Positions 39,614 through 49,698 of a DNA stretch of 64,000 bases are shown in pieces. The position numbers and the translations under genes are program-made. Position 1 is the stretch's first letter. Each line of letters begins with the position of its first letter. This DNA is from Candidatus Bathyarchaeota archaeon (lineage in GTDB: Archaea > Thermoproteota > Bathyarchaeia > TCS64), in assembly GCA_018396695.1 (NCBI GenBank), contig JAGTQU010000004.1:12357-76356 (forward strand). The letters are read 5' to 3'. The notes under the pieces are model-generated. The model saw only the letters and a program-made list of their open reading frames with translations. It was not told the origin of the DNA and searched no databases.

Positions 39614-41557
39614 TCACATTCTTTCAGGCGCCTCTATCCCTAGTATTTCTAACGAGTTCTTGAGAACAACTTTAATCGCTTTCACTAGCATCAGTCTTGC
39701 ACCTGCTAAACTTGAAGGTTCAGCTTTGATTACAGGCTGGGAAGCATAAAAACTATTAAACTTGTCTGCAAGGATGTTTGTGAATGTTGAGATGTCAGAG
39801 GGTTTTAATGATTCAGATGCGTTTTCGAATATCTCAGGGAACTGGGCTATCATCATAACGAGGCTTCGTTCACTTCCACTGGCGAGAAGGTTGTAATCGG
39901 GTTCAGGCATCTTCTCAGCTCTTTTTAGAATGTTACATGCTCTAGCATACGAGTATTGGATGAAGGGAGCACTATTTATCTCAAAGTTCAAAGCTCTATT
40001 CCAATCGAATATGACTACTTTTATGGGGTCGATGTTGAGGAGTGTAAACTTCAACGCGCCATAGCCTACGATCTTTGCAATCTCTTTCTTTTTCTCTTCA
40101 GTAAGCTCGGGCGTTCTCTTCGAAACCTCTTCATAAGCCAGGAGAATCGATTTATCCATGACCTCCTCAAGAGTCACATATCTCCCAAGCCTACCACTCA
40201 TCTTAACATCTGGGAGTCTGACGAATTCGTATGCAAAATGGGTTTGACGGTCTGCGAGGTCAATCTTCCCCATAGCTGCCAGAGCTATCTTCAACTGAAG
40301 CTGGGCAAGGCTCTGCTCATTTCCAATAACATTGATCACCCGGTCTACTCGCTCAAATTTTTTCAAAGAGTATGCAATGTCTCGCGGAGTATATAGCGTG
40401 GTCCCGTCAGATCTGATAAGGACTAGTCGAGGGATCTCATAAGAGGGGTTAATCCCCCACTTCTCCTTTAGTCCCATATCCTTCGCAACTGCTTCGCAGT
40501 CAAGGACTAAAGCCCCTTCTTCGTAAAACGTGTATGGCGTTTTTCTTAAAGCATCCATCGCTTCGTCAACGGCTCCACTCCATACTAGATCACCTTCATA
40601 ATCCCATCGGTCAAACTTTATATCGAGCTTTTTCAGAATCCTCTCGAACCCATGGACACAGTGGTTCGCTAAAGTCCGTACATCTTTCTTCGCGGTCGGT
40701 TCTTGGCGCTCATACTCCATATTGAGCTTCTGGATAGAGGCGTCGGGATCAGGATCGTTCTCCATGGCTTCAGCTATGGCATTGAACACCTCTTTATTCC
40801 GCTCAGTCAACTCTTGAGCAGCTTTAGCGTATTTCGACAACTCCGCATTGATTTCTCGGACCCTTACATAGTCCCCAGTGTCAGAGGCTTCCTCAAGCTC
40901 TCTCTTAAGTCGCCGAACCTCTTTCAAGATGTTTACTGAAGCGTAGATATCTCCAAACCACTTCTCCGGCTCACTTGGAGGCTCAGGTTTGTTGAGGAGT
41001 CTCCAACCATAGGTAGCCATAGCAACTTGGCGTCCCATGTCGTCGACATAGAAGTGTACTTCAACCGCATGCCCTCTACGTTTAAGCATCCTCGCCAAAG
41101 TATCTCCCAAGATAGAGTTGCGCGCTGTGCCGATGTGTAAAGGCCGTATAGGATTAGCGCTCGTATGTTCAACAATGATCTTCTCGGAAGTCTTTGTCTT
41201 CAGAAATCCATAATCCTTGTTCTCCGCAGCTGTTTCGAGGACTAGCCTAAAGAAACTTCCTATATTCACGTAAAAATTGATATAACCGTTCAAAGCCTCA
41301 ACTCTGGAAACTAAACCATCTGATGGAATAGTCGACTCTTCCACTATTCTACTAGCTATGTCTACAGGGTTGGCTCTTATCTTCGAAGCAAGTTGGAATG
41401 AAACTGAAGAGCTTAGCTCCCCCATTTCAGGATTAGGAGGCTGCGAAAACTTTACATCAAATAACTGAACCTCAGGATAGATCCTTCTCAAAGATCCCTT
41501 TACTAACTCAAGACATTCCATTTTTAGTAGGCCAAGAGGATTCTCCACTTTGATCAC
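39614..41557 (-). CDS. argS: Arginyl-tRNA synthetase
   Basis: VEHTSANPIRPLHIGTARN (HIGH), KMSGRLG and NSAPFIQYSYAR motifs. Confidence 0.96.
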   Translation of the reverse strand: MIKVENPLGLLKMECLELVKGSLRRIYPEVQLFDVKFSQPPNPEMGELSSSVSFQLASKIRANPVDIASRIVEESTIPSDGLVSRVEALNGYINFYVNIGSFFRLVLETAAENKDYGFLKTKTSEKIIVEHTSANPIRPLHIGTARNSILGDTLARMLKRRGHAVEVHFYVDDMGRQVAMATYGWRLLNKPEPPSEPEKWFGDIYASVNILKEVRRLKRELEEASDTGDYVRVREINAELSKYAKAAQELTERNKEVFNAIAEAMENDPDPDASIQKLNMEYERQEPTAKKDVRTLANHCVHGFERILKKLDIKFDRWDYEGDLVWSGAVDEAMDALRKTPYTFYEEGALVLDCEAVAKDMGLKEKWGINPSYEIPRLVLIRSDGTTLYTPRDIAYSLKKFERVDRVINVIGNEQSLAQLQLKIALAAMGKIDLADRQTHFAYEFVRLPDVKMSGRLGRYVTLEEVMDKSILLAYEEVSKRTPELTEEKKKEIAKIVGYGALKFTLLNIDPIKVVIFDWNRALNFEINSAPFIQYSYARACNILKRAEKMPEPDYNLLASGSERSLVMMIAQFPEIFENASESLKPSDISTFTNILADKFNSFYASQPVIKAEPSSLAGARLMLVKAIKVVLKNSLEILGIEAPERM

Positions 41558-41563
41558 TTCCAG

Positions 41564-41656
41564 CGGGCCCGGAGGGACTCGAACCCACGTTCTCCGGCTC
41601 TCTTCCAGCTAGACTGTCCGGAGGCCGGCGCCTTATCCAAACTCGGCTACGGGCCC
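41564..41656 (-). tRNA. tRNA-Arg(CCG) with 18-nt intron at 37/38; CCA not encoded
   Basis: GGGCCCG/CGGGCCC acceptor stem, CCGGC/GCCGG anticodon stem, CT-CCG-G loop, intron ACAGTCTAGCTGGAAGAG, TTCGAGT T-loop. Confidence 0.92.
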
Positions 41657-41676
41657 TTCAACCCAAAAAGATTATC

Positions 41677-41682
41677 CTTAAA
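41677..41682 (-). promoter_or_regulatory. Candidate TATA box for tRNA-Arg/argS
   Basis: TTTAAG at about -26 to -21 from the tRNA 5' end. Confidence 0.45.
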
Positions 41683-41701
41683 CATTAAAGGATTTGGATT
41701 T

Positions 41702-42442
41702 CTATCCGAGATTCTTAAGATCGTTGAAGGATTCGGTGAGCAATTTTTTAGCAGCCTCGACAATAGATGGGCCTATGCCTTCAACTTCTTCCAAGGGTCC
41801 GAGGAGCTTCTTGGTTTTACCGCTTTTTGATGATTTAATCTCGGATTTAACTATCTCCTCAAATACTCTCATGGGGGTGTCGAAGGTTTTTAGAAGCTCT
41901 TCAGCCAGGGTCGGTCCAATCTTGGGTACTCCAGATAAGAGGAACATCTGCTGTGCGTGTAGTGGCACATCTCTTTTCACTGCTCTAATCTGTACCCGCC
42001 GCTTGTTTTCAGTCTGCTCCCTATAGGCTAGGCGGTTGATTAGTATGGCTGTATGTTCAGCGTTCAAGGATGGGATTATCGAGAAGTTGAAGTTAAGGGT
42101 TAGGCTTGATAAGGCGCCGTATATGGATGAAAGCTTGATCATGGAGCGCTTCAGCACCCTATTTAAATCGCCTTCAAGAACTAGTATTGGGCGCTCATAG
42201 CAGGATGAGATCTCTTTTGCCTGATTAAATAGGCGGAGATCCTTGATGCTGCTGATGAAGTCGACAACGTTTTTCCGTTCGATCCCGCATCGATCCGAAA
42301 TTACGTAATCGCATATCGGCAGTTTTCTAACATCGACTTCACAACCTGCTATCCTAAGATAGTTTAAGATTGTTGGCTGAGTTGAGGCTTCATTGCTATC
42401 TATACATATTTTCAAATAGTCACTCATGGAGTAGGTCTCCAT
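41702..42442 (-). CDS. xpf: Short XPF/ERCC4 structure-specific endonuclease
   Basis: CDYVI...IERKNVVDF nuclease motif plus two HhH motifs; no helicase domain. Confidence 0.9.
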   Translation of the reverse strand: METYSMSDYLKICIDSNEASTQPTILNYLRIAGCEVDVRKLPICDYVISDRCGIERKNVVDFISSIKDLRLFNQAKEISSCYERPILVLEGDLNRVLKRSMIKLSSIYGALSSLTLNFNFSIIPSLNAEHTAILINRLAYREQTENKRRVQIRAVKRDVPLHAQQMFLLSGVPKIGPTLAEELLKTFDTPMRVFEEIVKSEIKSSKSGKTKKLLGPLEEVEGIGPSIVEAAKKLLTESFNDLKNLG

Positions 42443-43193
42443 TTTTAATGAGAAGCTCGATCCTTTTCGGCTCTTCTACTCCTTTAAGAGAACTAACCAT
42501 GCCTAGAACTGTTCTAGCTATGAAATCTTGTACGAATCCTTTTATCGGTATTTCTTTTCCATTCACAATTAATTTGACATTCTCTTCGTTCATATAGACG
42601 CATTTAGAGGCTTTCTCCGCCCCTCTAACTATTGCCTGAGCCATTTCGGCGCAACTCCTATATCCACATGACCCGCAGTCAAATCCGTTTAAAAATGGAA
42701 ATGCTTTAGACTCCACTAGATCTGCTAACTTCTCAACTTCATCTATTCGGATTTTAGGAGCATCTGTTTTAATAGAAACCGGATCAATGGTTGGAGGGAT
42801 TAAGACAGCTATCTCAGCCCCATTTGATAGAGACTTTACCTCCTCAGCATCTTTAAGCACGATAATCCTTGCAACTGTGTCAAGGGATTTGAACCCTTCG
42901 AGTATGATGAAATCCCTCTCACCCAAAAAGGCTATAGCATCTCTGACGCTTAGAGGCTTTGTAATGAAGAATGCGCTCTCTGTCGGGGTTAAAATGGCTG
43001 AAGCCTTTGAACCAGCCTGCATGTGGCGCCATGTATCTTTTCTAGGAGTATCGACTGCGTGCTTCTCTGAACCATGTTTCACTGTTCCAATCGCATAACC
43101 TCTCTTGGTCAGCTCCTTTGTAAGGCTTTCAATCACCATGGTTTTACCAGACTTCTTAAATCCCACAACAGACACAATCTTCGTCTTCAACAT
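42420..43193 (-). CDS. mobB: Molybdopterin-guanine dinucleotide biosynthesis protein B with C-terminal FeS domain
   Basis: GFKKSGKT, TVKHG, DTPRKDTWRH and ILEGFK; DCGSCGYRSC...C FeS motif. Confidence 0.9.
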   Translation of the reverse strand: MLKTKIVSVVGFKKSGKTMVIESLTKELTKRGYAIGTVKHGSEKHAVDTPRKDTWRHMQAGSKASAILTPTESAFFITKPLSVRDAIAFLGERDFIILEGFKSLDTVARIIVLKDAEEVKSLSNGAEIAVLIPPTIDPVSIKTDAPKIRIDEVEKLADLVESKAFPFLNGFDCGSCGYRSCAEMAQAIVRGAEKASKCVYMNEENVKLIVNGKEIPIKGFVQDFIARTVLGMVSSLKGVEEPKRIELLIKNGDLLHE

Positions 43194-43300
43194 TTCCGTC
43201 TATATAGGTGAAAACTTCGATATAATGTTGACCTTATATGAGAAACCTAGGTTAACCCTCTTTAACAATAAATAGCTTTGCTAACTAATCTCCTAGTGAA

Positions 43301-44665
43301 ATGACTTTCCTCCAGTTCTATGGTGGAGTAGGAGAAGTAGGCGGAAATAAAATACTTCTAGAGGACGAAGGTGTAAAAATCTGGCTGGATTTCGGTCAAT
43401 CATTCAAAATGGGGGGAGATTACTTTACGGGATGGCTTCAACCGAGAAGCCAAAACGGTCTTGGAGACTACTTCGAGTTCGACCTCCTCCCTAAATTGAA
43501 GGGTCTCTATGCCGAACATTTACTAGAGGGGACATCTCTCAAGTATGAGGAGCCAAGGTTCGACGCAGTATTCATCAGCCATGCCCACTTTGATCATGTT
43601 AGCCACATGTGCTTCATCGATCCTATAATTCCTACTTATTGCGGGTCTGGAACTAAATTATTCTTAGAGGCATCGGAAGAGGCTGGGCTCGGCACCGATT
43701 ACGGGGCTCACAACTATAGAACATTTCGTACGGGATTTAAAATCAAGCTTGATGGTCTCGAATTGACGCCAATCCATGTGGACCACTCTATTCCAGCATC
43801 ATATGGCTTCATCATAGAGACCTCTTCAGGGATGGTCGTCTACACTGGAGACCTTAGGGCGCATGGTCCCAAGCACGAGATGACTGAGGATTTTATTAAA
43901 GCTGCTGTTGAGGCTGAACCTGTCGCTCTTATATCAGAGGGGACTCGAATGGATGTTAATGAGAAGCGTAAGAACCTGTCTGAGAATGAGGTTCTTAAAG
44001 GAGTGGAAGAGATTCTGGACAGGATAGAAGCCTCCAGCCTCTCCGTACTCTATACACATAACTCCAGAGATACAGATCGTTTCTCCACTTTCTATAAGGC
44101 TGCTGAGAGCTATGGTAGATGTCTAGTTATCTCGCCAAGGTTTGCTTATCTACTTCTCAAATTAGTTAAAGACGAGCATCTGAATCTACCTGATCCCTTC
44201 TCTGATGATTTAATACGGGTTTACTATCGGCGTAAGAAGAGTGGCAAATATTCCGAGACGGACTACTACGAATGGGAGAGGATATTCTGGGAGAAGAAGA
44301 TAACTGCGAAAGAGATTAGAAAACATCCTGGAAAATATATGATGGATTTAGGCTTCTACAATTTCACGGAGCTGATAGACATCAGACCCAAGCCGGGGAG
44401 CCCTTTCATTTACAGTATGAGTGAGCCCTTCGACGAAAGTAATATTGAAGATCAGATCTTGCATAACTGGCTTGATCATTTTGGTCTCAGATATTATCAA
44501 CTCCACGCTTCAGGACATATGAGCAGGAAAGAGCTGGAAGAGATGATACTCAGAATAAATCCGAAAACAGTCTATCCGGTCCACACGGAAAATCCAGAGC
44601 TTTTCAGAAGATTCTACGATAATATCGTCATCCCTAAGAAAGGGAGGAAGTATACTCTGATTTAA
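43301..44665 (+). CDS. MBL/beta-CASP hydrolase, RNase J-like
   Basis: GGVGEVGGN, SHAHFDH, VDHS, YTGDLR and HASGH motifs. Confidence 0.85.
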   Translation: MTFLQFYGGVGEVGGNKILLEDEGVKIWLDFGQSFKMGGDYFTGWLQPRSQNGLGDYFEFDLLPKLKGLYAEHLLEGTSLKYEEPRFDAVFISHAHFDHVSHMCFIDPIIPTYCGSGTKLFLEASEEAGLGTDYGAHNYRTFRTGFKIKLDGLELTPIHVDHSIPASYGFIIETSSGMVVYTGDLRAHGPKHEMTEDFIKAAVEAEPVALISEGTRMDVNEKRKNLSENEVLKGVEEILDRIEASSLSVLYTHNSRDTDRFSTFYKAAESYGRCLVISPRFAYLLLKLVKDEHLNLPDPFSDDLIRVYYRRKKSGKYSETDYYEWERIFWEKKITAKEIRKHPGKYMMDLGFYNFTELIDIRPKPGSPFIYSMSEPFDESNIEDQILHNWLDHFGLRYYQLHASGHMSRKELEEMILRINPKTVYPVHTENPELFRRFYDNIVIPKKGRKYTLI

Positions 44666-44750
44666 GAAAGGAATTTATTTGCTATCAAGACCTTCGCCGA
44701 CATTTATCGTTTAAATATCTGGTCTTTGTTCACTGAAATAGTGCGGGAAG

Positions 44751-46523
44751 TTGAGGGTAGCTGTCGTCGATAAAGAACGGTGCAGATCAGACAAATGCGA
44801 TCTAGTTTGCATAAGGTTTTGTCCTATGGTGCGGAGCAGACGTGAGGCGATAAGACTTGAAGATGCAAAAGCCTACGTGTCTGAGGATTTATGTAGTGGG
44901 TGTGGCATCTGTGTTCGAAAATGCCCATTCGATGCTCTAAGAATAGTTAATATCCCAGACGAACTTGAGACCGATCACATTCACCGATTCGGACCCAACG
45001 CATTCACCCTATATAGGCTACCGGTTCCAAGGAAAGGTGCCGTGATAGGTCTTCTAGGCAGGAATGGGATCGGAAAGACCACTGTTTTGAAGATTTTGTC
45101 TGGAGAATTAATTCCTAATCTAGGTAACTGGGAGGCTCCCCCAAGCAAAGAAAATGTGATTGAAAGGTTCTCAGGCATCGCCCTCCATGAGTATTTCACC
45201 GGTCTTTATGATAAAAGCTTACGGGTTGTCTATAAGCCTCAATACGTCGACAAGATCCCCAAAGCCGTTTCTGGAAAAGTAGGGGAAGTGCTAGAATCAT
45301 TAGACGAGAGAGACATGGTCAGAAAGCTCTCTGAATCCCTTGAGATAGAGCAGGTTCTCGATAGAGACTTTGGGATTTTGAGCGGAGGTGAGCTCCAGAG
45401 AGTCGCTATAGTGGCTGCAATATGTAAAGATGCTGACGTATATCTCTTAGACGAACCTTCAAGTCACCTAGATATATATCAAAGGATGAAGACGGCGAAA
45501 GTTGTACGGAGTCTTCTCGAAGAGGAAAAGATGATTATTGTTGCTGAGCACGACCTCGCTGTCCTGGATTATCTCTCAGATGATATCTTTCTACTGTACG
45601 GGGAGCCTGATGTCTACGGAATAGTATCGAAGATCCATTCCGTTAGAGAGGGGATCAACCTTTACATCAACGGCTATATCCCAGATGAGAACGTCAGGTT
45701 TAGAGAATCTCCCATAATCTTTCATGTGAAGCCTCCAACTGTTTCGCATGGTAAAATCCACCCGTTGTTAGAGTGGTCGGAGTTAACTAAGAGTTTTGGA
45801 GAATTCTATCTAACCGTGGAAAGTGGTCACATAGGAGAGGGTGAAGTCATAGGAATCCTAGGCAAAAATGGCGTCGGCAAAACGACTTTCGTTAAAATAC
45901 TGGCTGGACTTGAGAAGCCGGATAGTGGAGAGATACGCGCTGGAGAGATCAAAATCAGCTATAAACCCCAATATCTCACGGGTTTATACAATGGCATAGT
46001 CGAGGAGATCCTGAAAAAAGCGGCTGGAGAGAAGTATGAGGAGAACTGGTTTAGAACTGAAATCATCGAGCCACTTCACTTAAAAAAACTCTTAGAAAGA
46101 GATGCTACAATCCTGAGCGGGGGGGAGCTCCAGCGCGTTGCAATCGCTGAATGCCTATCTAAACAAGCAGACATCTACCTCCTAGATGAGCCGAGCGCAT
46201 ATCTTGATGTGGAGGAGCGTTTAGCCATGGCTAGGTCTATAAGAAAGATTACCAAGATGAGTGGTGTAACCGCTTTCGTGATTGAACATGATATAGTTGC
46301 CCAAGACTTCATAGCGGATAGGCTCATGGTCTTCGTTGGAGAGGCTGGGGAGAGAGGTCTCGGTAGAAGTCCAATTAAACTCGAAGAGGGCATGAATAGC
46401 TTTCTCAGGGATATGAGCGTAACCTTCAGGCGAGACCCAGATACGAAGAGACCTAGAGTGAATAAAGAAGGCTCTAGGCTTGACAGGGAACAGAAGATGA
46501 CTGGAAGATATTACTATGCTTGA
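44751..46523 (+). CDS. rli1: ABCE1/Rli1 ribosome recycling ATPase
   Basis: N-terminal two 4Fe-4S Cys motifs; two NBDs (GRNGIGKT, GKNGVGKT, LSGGELQR); TFRRD...RPRVNK. Confidence 0.96.
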   Translation: MRVAVVDKERCRSDKCDLVCIRFCPMVRSRREAIRLEDAKAYVSEDLCSGCGICVRKCPFDALRIVNIPDELETDHIHRFGPNAFTLYRLPVPRKGAVIGLLGRNGIGKTTVLKILSGELIPNLGNWEAPPSKENVIERFSGIALHEYFTGLYDKSLRVVYKPQYVDKIPKAVSGKVGEVLESLDERDMVRKLSESLEIEQVLDRDFGILSGGELQRVAIVAAICKDADVYLLDEPSSHLDIYQRMKTAKVVRSLLEEEKMIIVAEHDLAVLDYLSDDIFLLYGEPDVYGIVSKIHSVREGINLYINGYIPDENVRFRESPIIFHVKPPTVSHGKIHPLLEWSELTKSFGEFYLTVESGHIGEGEVIGILGKNGVGKTTFVKILAGLEKPDSGEIRAGEIKISYKPQYLTGLYNGIVEEILKKAAGEKYEENWFRTEIIEPLHLKKLLERDATILSGGELQRVAIAECLSKQADIYLLDEPSAYLDVEERLAMARSIRKITKMSGVTAFVIEHDIVAQDFIADRLMVFVGEAGERGLGRSPIKLEEGMNSFLRDMSVTFRRDPDTKRPRVNKEGSRLDREQKMTGRYYYA

Positions 46524-46567
46524 ATAGTTAGGCTGCAATGGGTTAATGGATGGTTTTTTCAATACTT

Positions 46568-47758
46568 TTAGCTAGCCAATTCCTTTTTCCATCTCTCTAT
46601 ACCATAAGCAAGTGTGAAAGGTACAATCATCGTTGTTATCGTGGAGACTGCTATAAAAGCAGAGAAAACCGTTTGATCGATGACTCCAGCAGAGAATAAT
46701 ATCTGAACAGGGATGATCCCCATAGAGAACTTTGCACTTGATCCAAGTCCTATAAGTATCACTTCTTTTAAGTTTAAACTATCTATTCTCCCAGCAATCA
46801 AAGCCGAAGCGAATTTGCCAACGAAGTTCACAGCTAATAAAAGCAGAAACAATGAGATAATCGTCAAAATATCAGAGAAACTCGTGTTAAGTCCGATTTC
46901 GAAAAAGAAGATTGGTCCCAGAAACCCGTAAGCAACTGCCTTTATAATCGTAAGCGTTTTCGCTTCCCTGTTTAGAGTCTTGATGAGTTGTTGAGAAACT
47001 ATTCCTGAAACTAGGGATCCTAGCAGCAGTCCCAATCGGAAATTAAGTGAAATAAAAGTGAAAAAAAACGTAGTAAACATTATTAGTAATAGAAAATGGG
47101 AGTCTTTAGGATTTTTATCCTTCCGAATCACTATTGGAAACAAGATTCTTTGAAAGATAAGCACCATAGCTAGAAAAACGAAGAATCCAAAGATTAGCGT
47201 AAATGGGTTAGCTGAAGCTTCCCTAGTTCCTACTATAAAGGAGGCTAGAGAAGCTAAAACAACCTCAACAATATCATCAACAATCCCTGGAATCAATATC
47301 AGGTTTGCCATCCTCGTTTTAATAACGCCTAATTCGTCAAGTATAGGCGCTATAGTTGTTTCGGCTACAGTCGCTAAGGCAGTTGCAACTATGAAGGAGA
47401 CCATAAGCGGATAACCAAAACCTACTAGGACGATTGAGCCTAAAAACATTGAAATGATGATATTCGAAACTGATATGACTGCAATCTGACTCGAGAGACT
47501 TCTGAGTTCTCTAAGATCTAACTGTAATCCCACTAGAAAGAGGAGGAATGTTATTCCTAGTTGGGAGAGGATGTAGAAGCCTTCTCCTAAAGCTATGTTC
47601 ATGAAAGGTGACGGAATCAACTTGAAGAAGAAACCCGCTAAAAGGGGCGCAAGTAGACTCGGCATCCGAAGTTTATCTAGAATAAAGTGTAGCAGATAGG
47701 AGGCTAAGAGCATCAAGGAGAGCATGAGGAATAAAGAAATAAGTGATTCTTCATGCAT
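46568..47758 (-). CDS. Cation:proton antiporter (CPA2/Kef-like, no TrkA domain)
   Basis: LLFLVGLQLD, IVDDIV and GPIFFFEIGL motifs; about 13 TM. Confidence 0.85.
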   Translation of the reverse strand: MHEESLISLFLMLSLMLLASYLLHFILDKLRMPSLLAPLLAGFFFKLIPSPFMNIALGEGFYILSQLGITFLLFLVGLQLDLRELRSLSSQIAVISVSNIIISMFLGSIVLVGFGYPLMVSFIVATALATVAETTIAPILDELGVIKTRMANLILIPGIVDDIVEVVLASLASFIVGTREASANPFTLIFGFFVFLAMVLIFQRILFPIVIRKDKNPKDSHFLLLIMFTTFFFTFISLNFRLGLLLGSLVSGIVSQQLIKTLNREAKTLTIIKAVAYGFLGPIFFFEIGLNTSFSDILTIISLFLLLLAVNFVGKFASALIAGRIDSLNLKEVILIGLGSSAKFSMGIIPVQILFSAGVIDQTVFSAFIAVSTITTMIVPFTLAYGIERWKKELAS

Positions 47759-48062
47759 TTCTTATATCCGTCCTTTAAATTTGTTTGAGTTAGATAGCTC
47801 GGTTAAGCAATAAAAGAATTAGTATTATACTTCTTTTCATTGGTGATTTTTGAGCCTCAATATAGGCCTTGATTGTCAAAATTCTTCCTCCTAATCTTCC
47901 AATCTTCTCGGATTCTCGTCATATGTTTAGCCAGCTCATGAATCGATTCAGTCAACGCTCCTGAATGGATTTCCGTCATCCCACTTTGCATCCGAGAGCC
48001 CTAAAAGCGCCGAACATAACCCTCAATATACTCATAATTAGACAAGTTTACATATTCCAGAG

Positions 48063-48704
48063 TCATGCCTCGAACCCTCCGTGTATCAATAACGCTAAAC
48101 CAGCCACGATAATCCCTGCTATTATCATTTTCAATCCAGAGTAAACAGCGTTTCTTTTGCTTATCCTTCCGAGAAAGACTCCTAGAAGAAAAAGAATTGT
48201 TAAATCTATCATGACGGATGCAAAGTATGCAAAATAGACTGGAATAAAACCAAAAATACTTAAGATAAAGGGTAACAGGCTTGGAAGAGAAGCTAAAAAA
48301 GGCGCTGAACCATCTATTAAAGCCGCAAAAAAGGACATGTAACGTGAGGCATCCCCATGTATGGAATCAAATAGGTCGGTTAACATGGAGTCTTCGAGCT
48401 CGTTGAGCGTGTTGGCGCGCTCTGCACTTTCAGTCATATACGTACCTGTGAATCCTGAGATAGCCATAGCGATTCCGCCAACAATCTTAACGCTAACAAT
48501 TACCTCTGGATGAGAGATATGAGAGATATATGCGCCTATTATTATGCCTAGACTAGTCATTGTTCCGTCAAAGGCGTTCATAACGAAGTATCTACGTAGA
48601 AGACTCTTCGACTTCGTGATATCAACATATGTTCTCAATCTCTCTATGGTTTTCAGAATATATTTATGCCATGCATCATGGTCTTCATTGGAGCTGTCGT
48701 TCAA
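48063..48704 (-). CDS. VIT1/CCC1-family membrane protein
   Basis: RRYFVMNAFDG...GFTGTYMTESAER motif. Confidence 0.85.
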   Translation of the reverse strand: MNDSSNEDHDAWHKYILKTIERLRTYVDITKSKSLLRRYFVMNAFDGTMTSLGIIIGAYISHISHPEVIVSVKIVGGIAMAISGFTGTYMTESAERANTLNELEDSMLTDLFDSIHGDASRYMSFFAALIDGSAPFLASLPSLLPFILSIFGFIPVYFAYFASVMIDLTILFLLGVFLGRISKRNAVYSGLKMIIAGIIVAGLALLIHGGFEA

Positions 48705-48839
48705 CTCTTTATACTCCTAAAGATTTCCTCTTAAAAGATCTTATTTGGGTTTAAACTCAAATTTTTAATATAAGGAAATTATTAAGTTTTATGAACCGAG
48801 AAGAATTGTATTAGATAGATGTTTGGAGGGTAAAATTTA

Positions 48840-49106
48840 GTGAATATTACGCATCTCGTGCTAGACGTGTTGAAGCCTCATGAACCCTCCTTACCAGAGT
48901 TTGCGTCCTCAATGGCTAATCTTAAAGGAATAACAAGGGTTGATGTTAGCCTAATCGAAATGGATGAGAAGACGGAGAGTCTAAAGGTCATCCTTGAAGG
49001 GATAGGGATCTATTTCGATGAGATTAAGCAGCATATGAGCAAACTAGGGGCGGTCATCCACAGCGTGGATCAAGTCATCATTGAAAAACAGAGTAGACGC
49101 CAGTAA
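48840..49106 (+). CDS. DUF211 family protein
   Basis: LVLDVLKPHEP...GAVIHSVDQV signature; commonly linked to VIT1 genes. Confidence 0.88.
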   Translation: MNITHLVLDVLKPHEPSLPEFASSMANLKGITRVDVSLIEMDEKTESLKVILEGIGIYFDEIKQHMSKLGAVIHSVDQVIIEKQSRRQ

Positions 49107-49136
49107 TTTCAAGTAAAATGATTTAGAGATGAGAAT

Positions 49137-49586
49137 ATGAGTAACTTAAGCCTGGTTGGTAGATGTGGTCTATATTGTGGAACTTGTGGGGTCTATCGGG
49201 GATACAGGGATGGAGGAGAACTACTTGAACAGTTGGCTGAGAAGTGGAACATACCTAAAGAAAAGTTTCGCTGCGAAGGCTGCGGATCTTTAACCCAAAA
49301 ATGCTGGGGATTTGGCTGTGAGATAGTCAAATGTCTTAATTATAAAGGTTACCAGCTTTGTCATGAATGTGAAGCCTTTGATGATAAGCGCTGTGATAGG
49401 TATGAAAGTATAGCTGAACGTTACCTGAAACGGGGTGAAGACATTAGAAAATCCTTGATGCGTATAAAAAACGGGGAAACATTACAATGGCTTGATGAAC
49501 AGGATAGATTGTGGAGATGCCCGAGTTGTGGAAGCCCAATCTCTATACATGCTGAGAAATGCTATAGATGCGGTGTTCCACGATGA
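49137..49586 (+). CDS. DUF3795 Cys-rich protein
   Basis: CGLYCGTC, CEGC, C-x-IVKC, CHEC and C-terminal CPSCG...CYRCG. Confidence 0.85.
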   Translation: MSNLSLVGRCGLYCGTCGVYRGYRDGGELLEQLAEKWNIPKEKFRCEGCGSLTQKCWGFGCEIVKCLNYKGYQLCHECEAFDDKRCDRYESIAERYLKRGEDIRKSLMRIKNGETLQWLDEQDRLWRCPSCGSPISIHAEKCYRCGVPR

Positions 49587-49698
49587 GCGAACGTACAAAA
49601 TCCCTATATGATGAAGAATTGAATCATATTAATCATAAAAGAATAGAAGAAATGTTAGGATATTGTTAAATAGGATAATAGGATGAAAAATCGATGAC

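Noticed and set aside
47860-48040. Coding-like stretch on the minus strand between the VIT1 and CPA2 genes (about 44-codon ORF)
   Set aside because: No recognisable motif and an in-frame stop upstream; cannot support a gene or pseudogene call.
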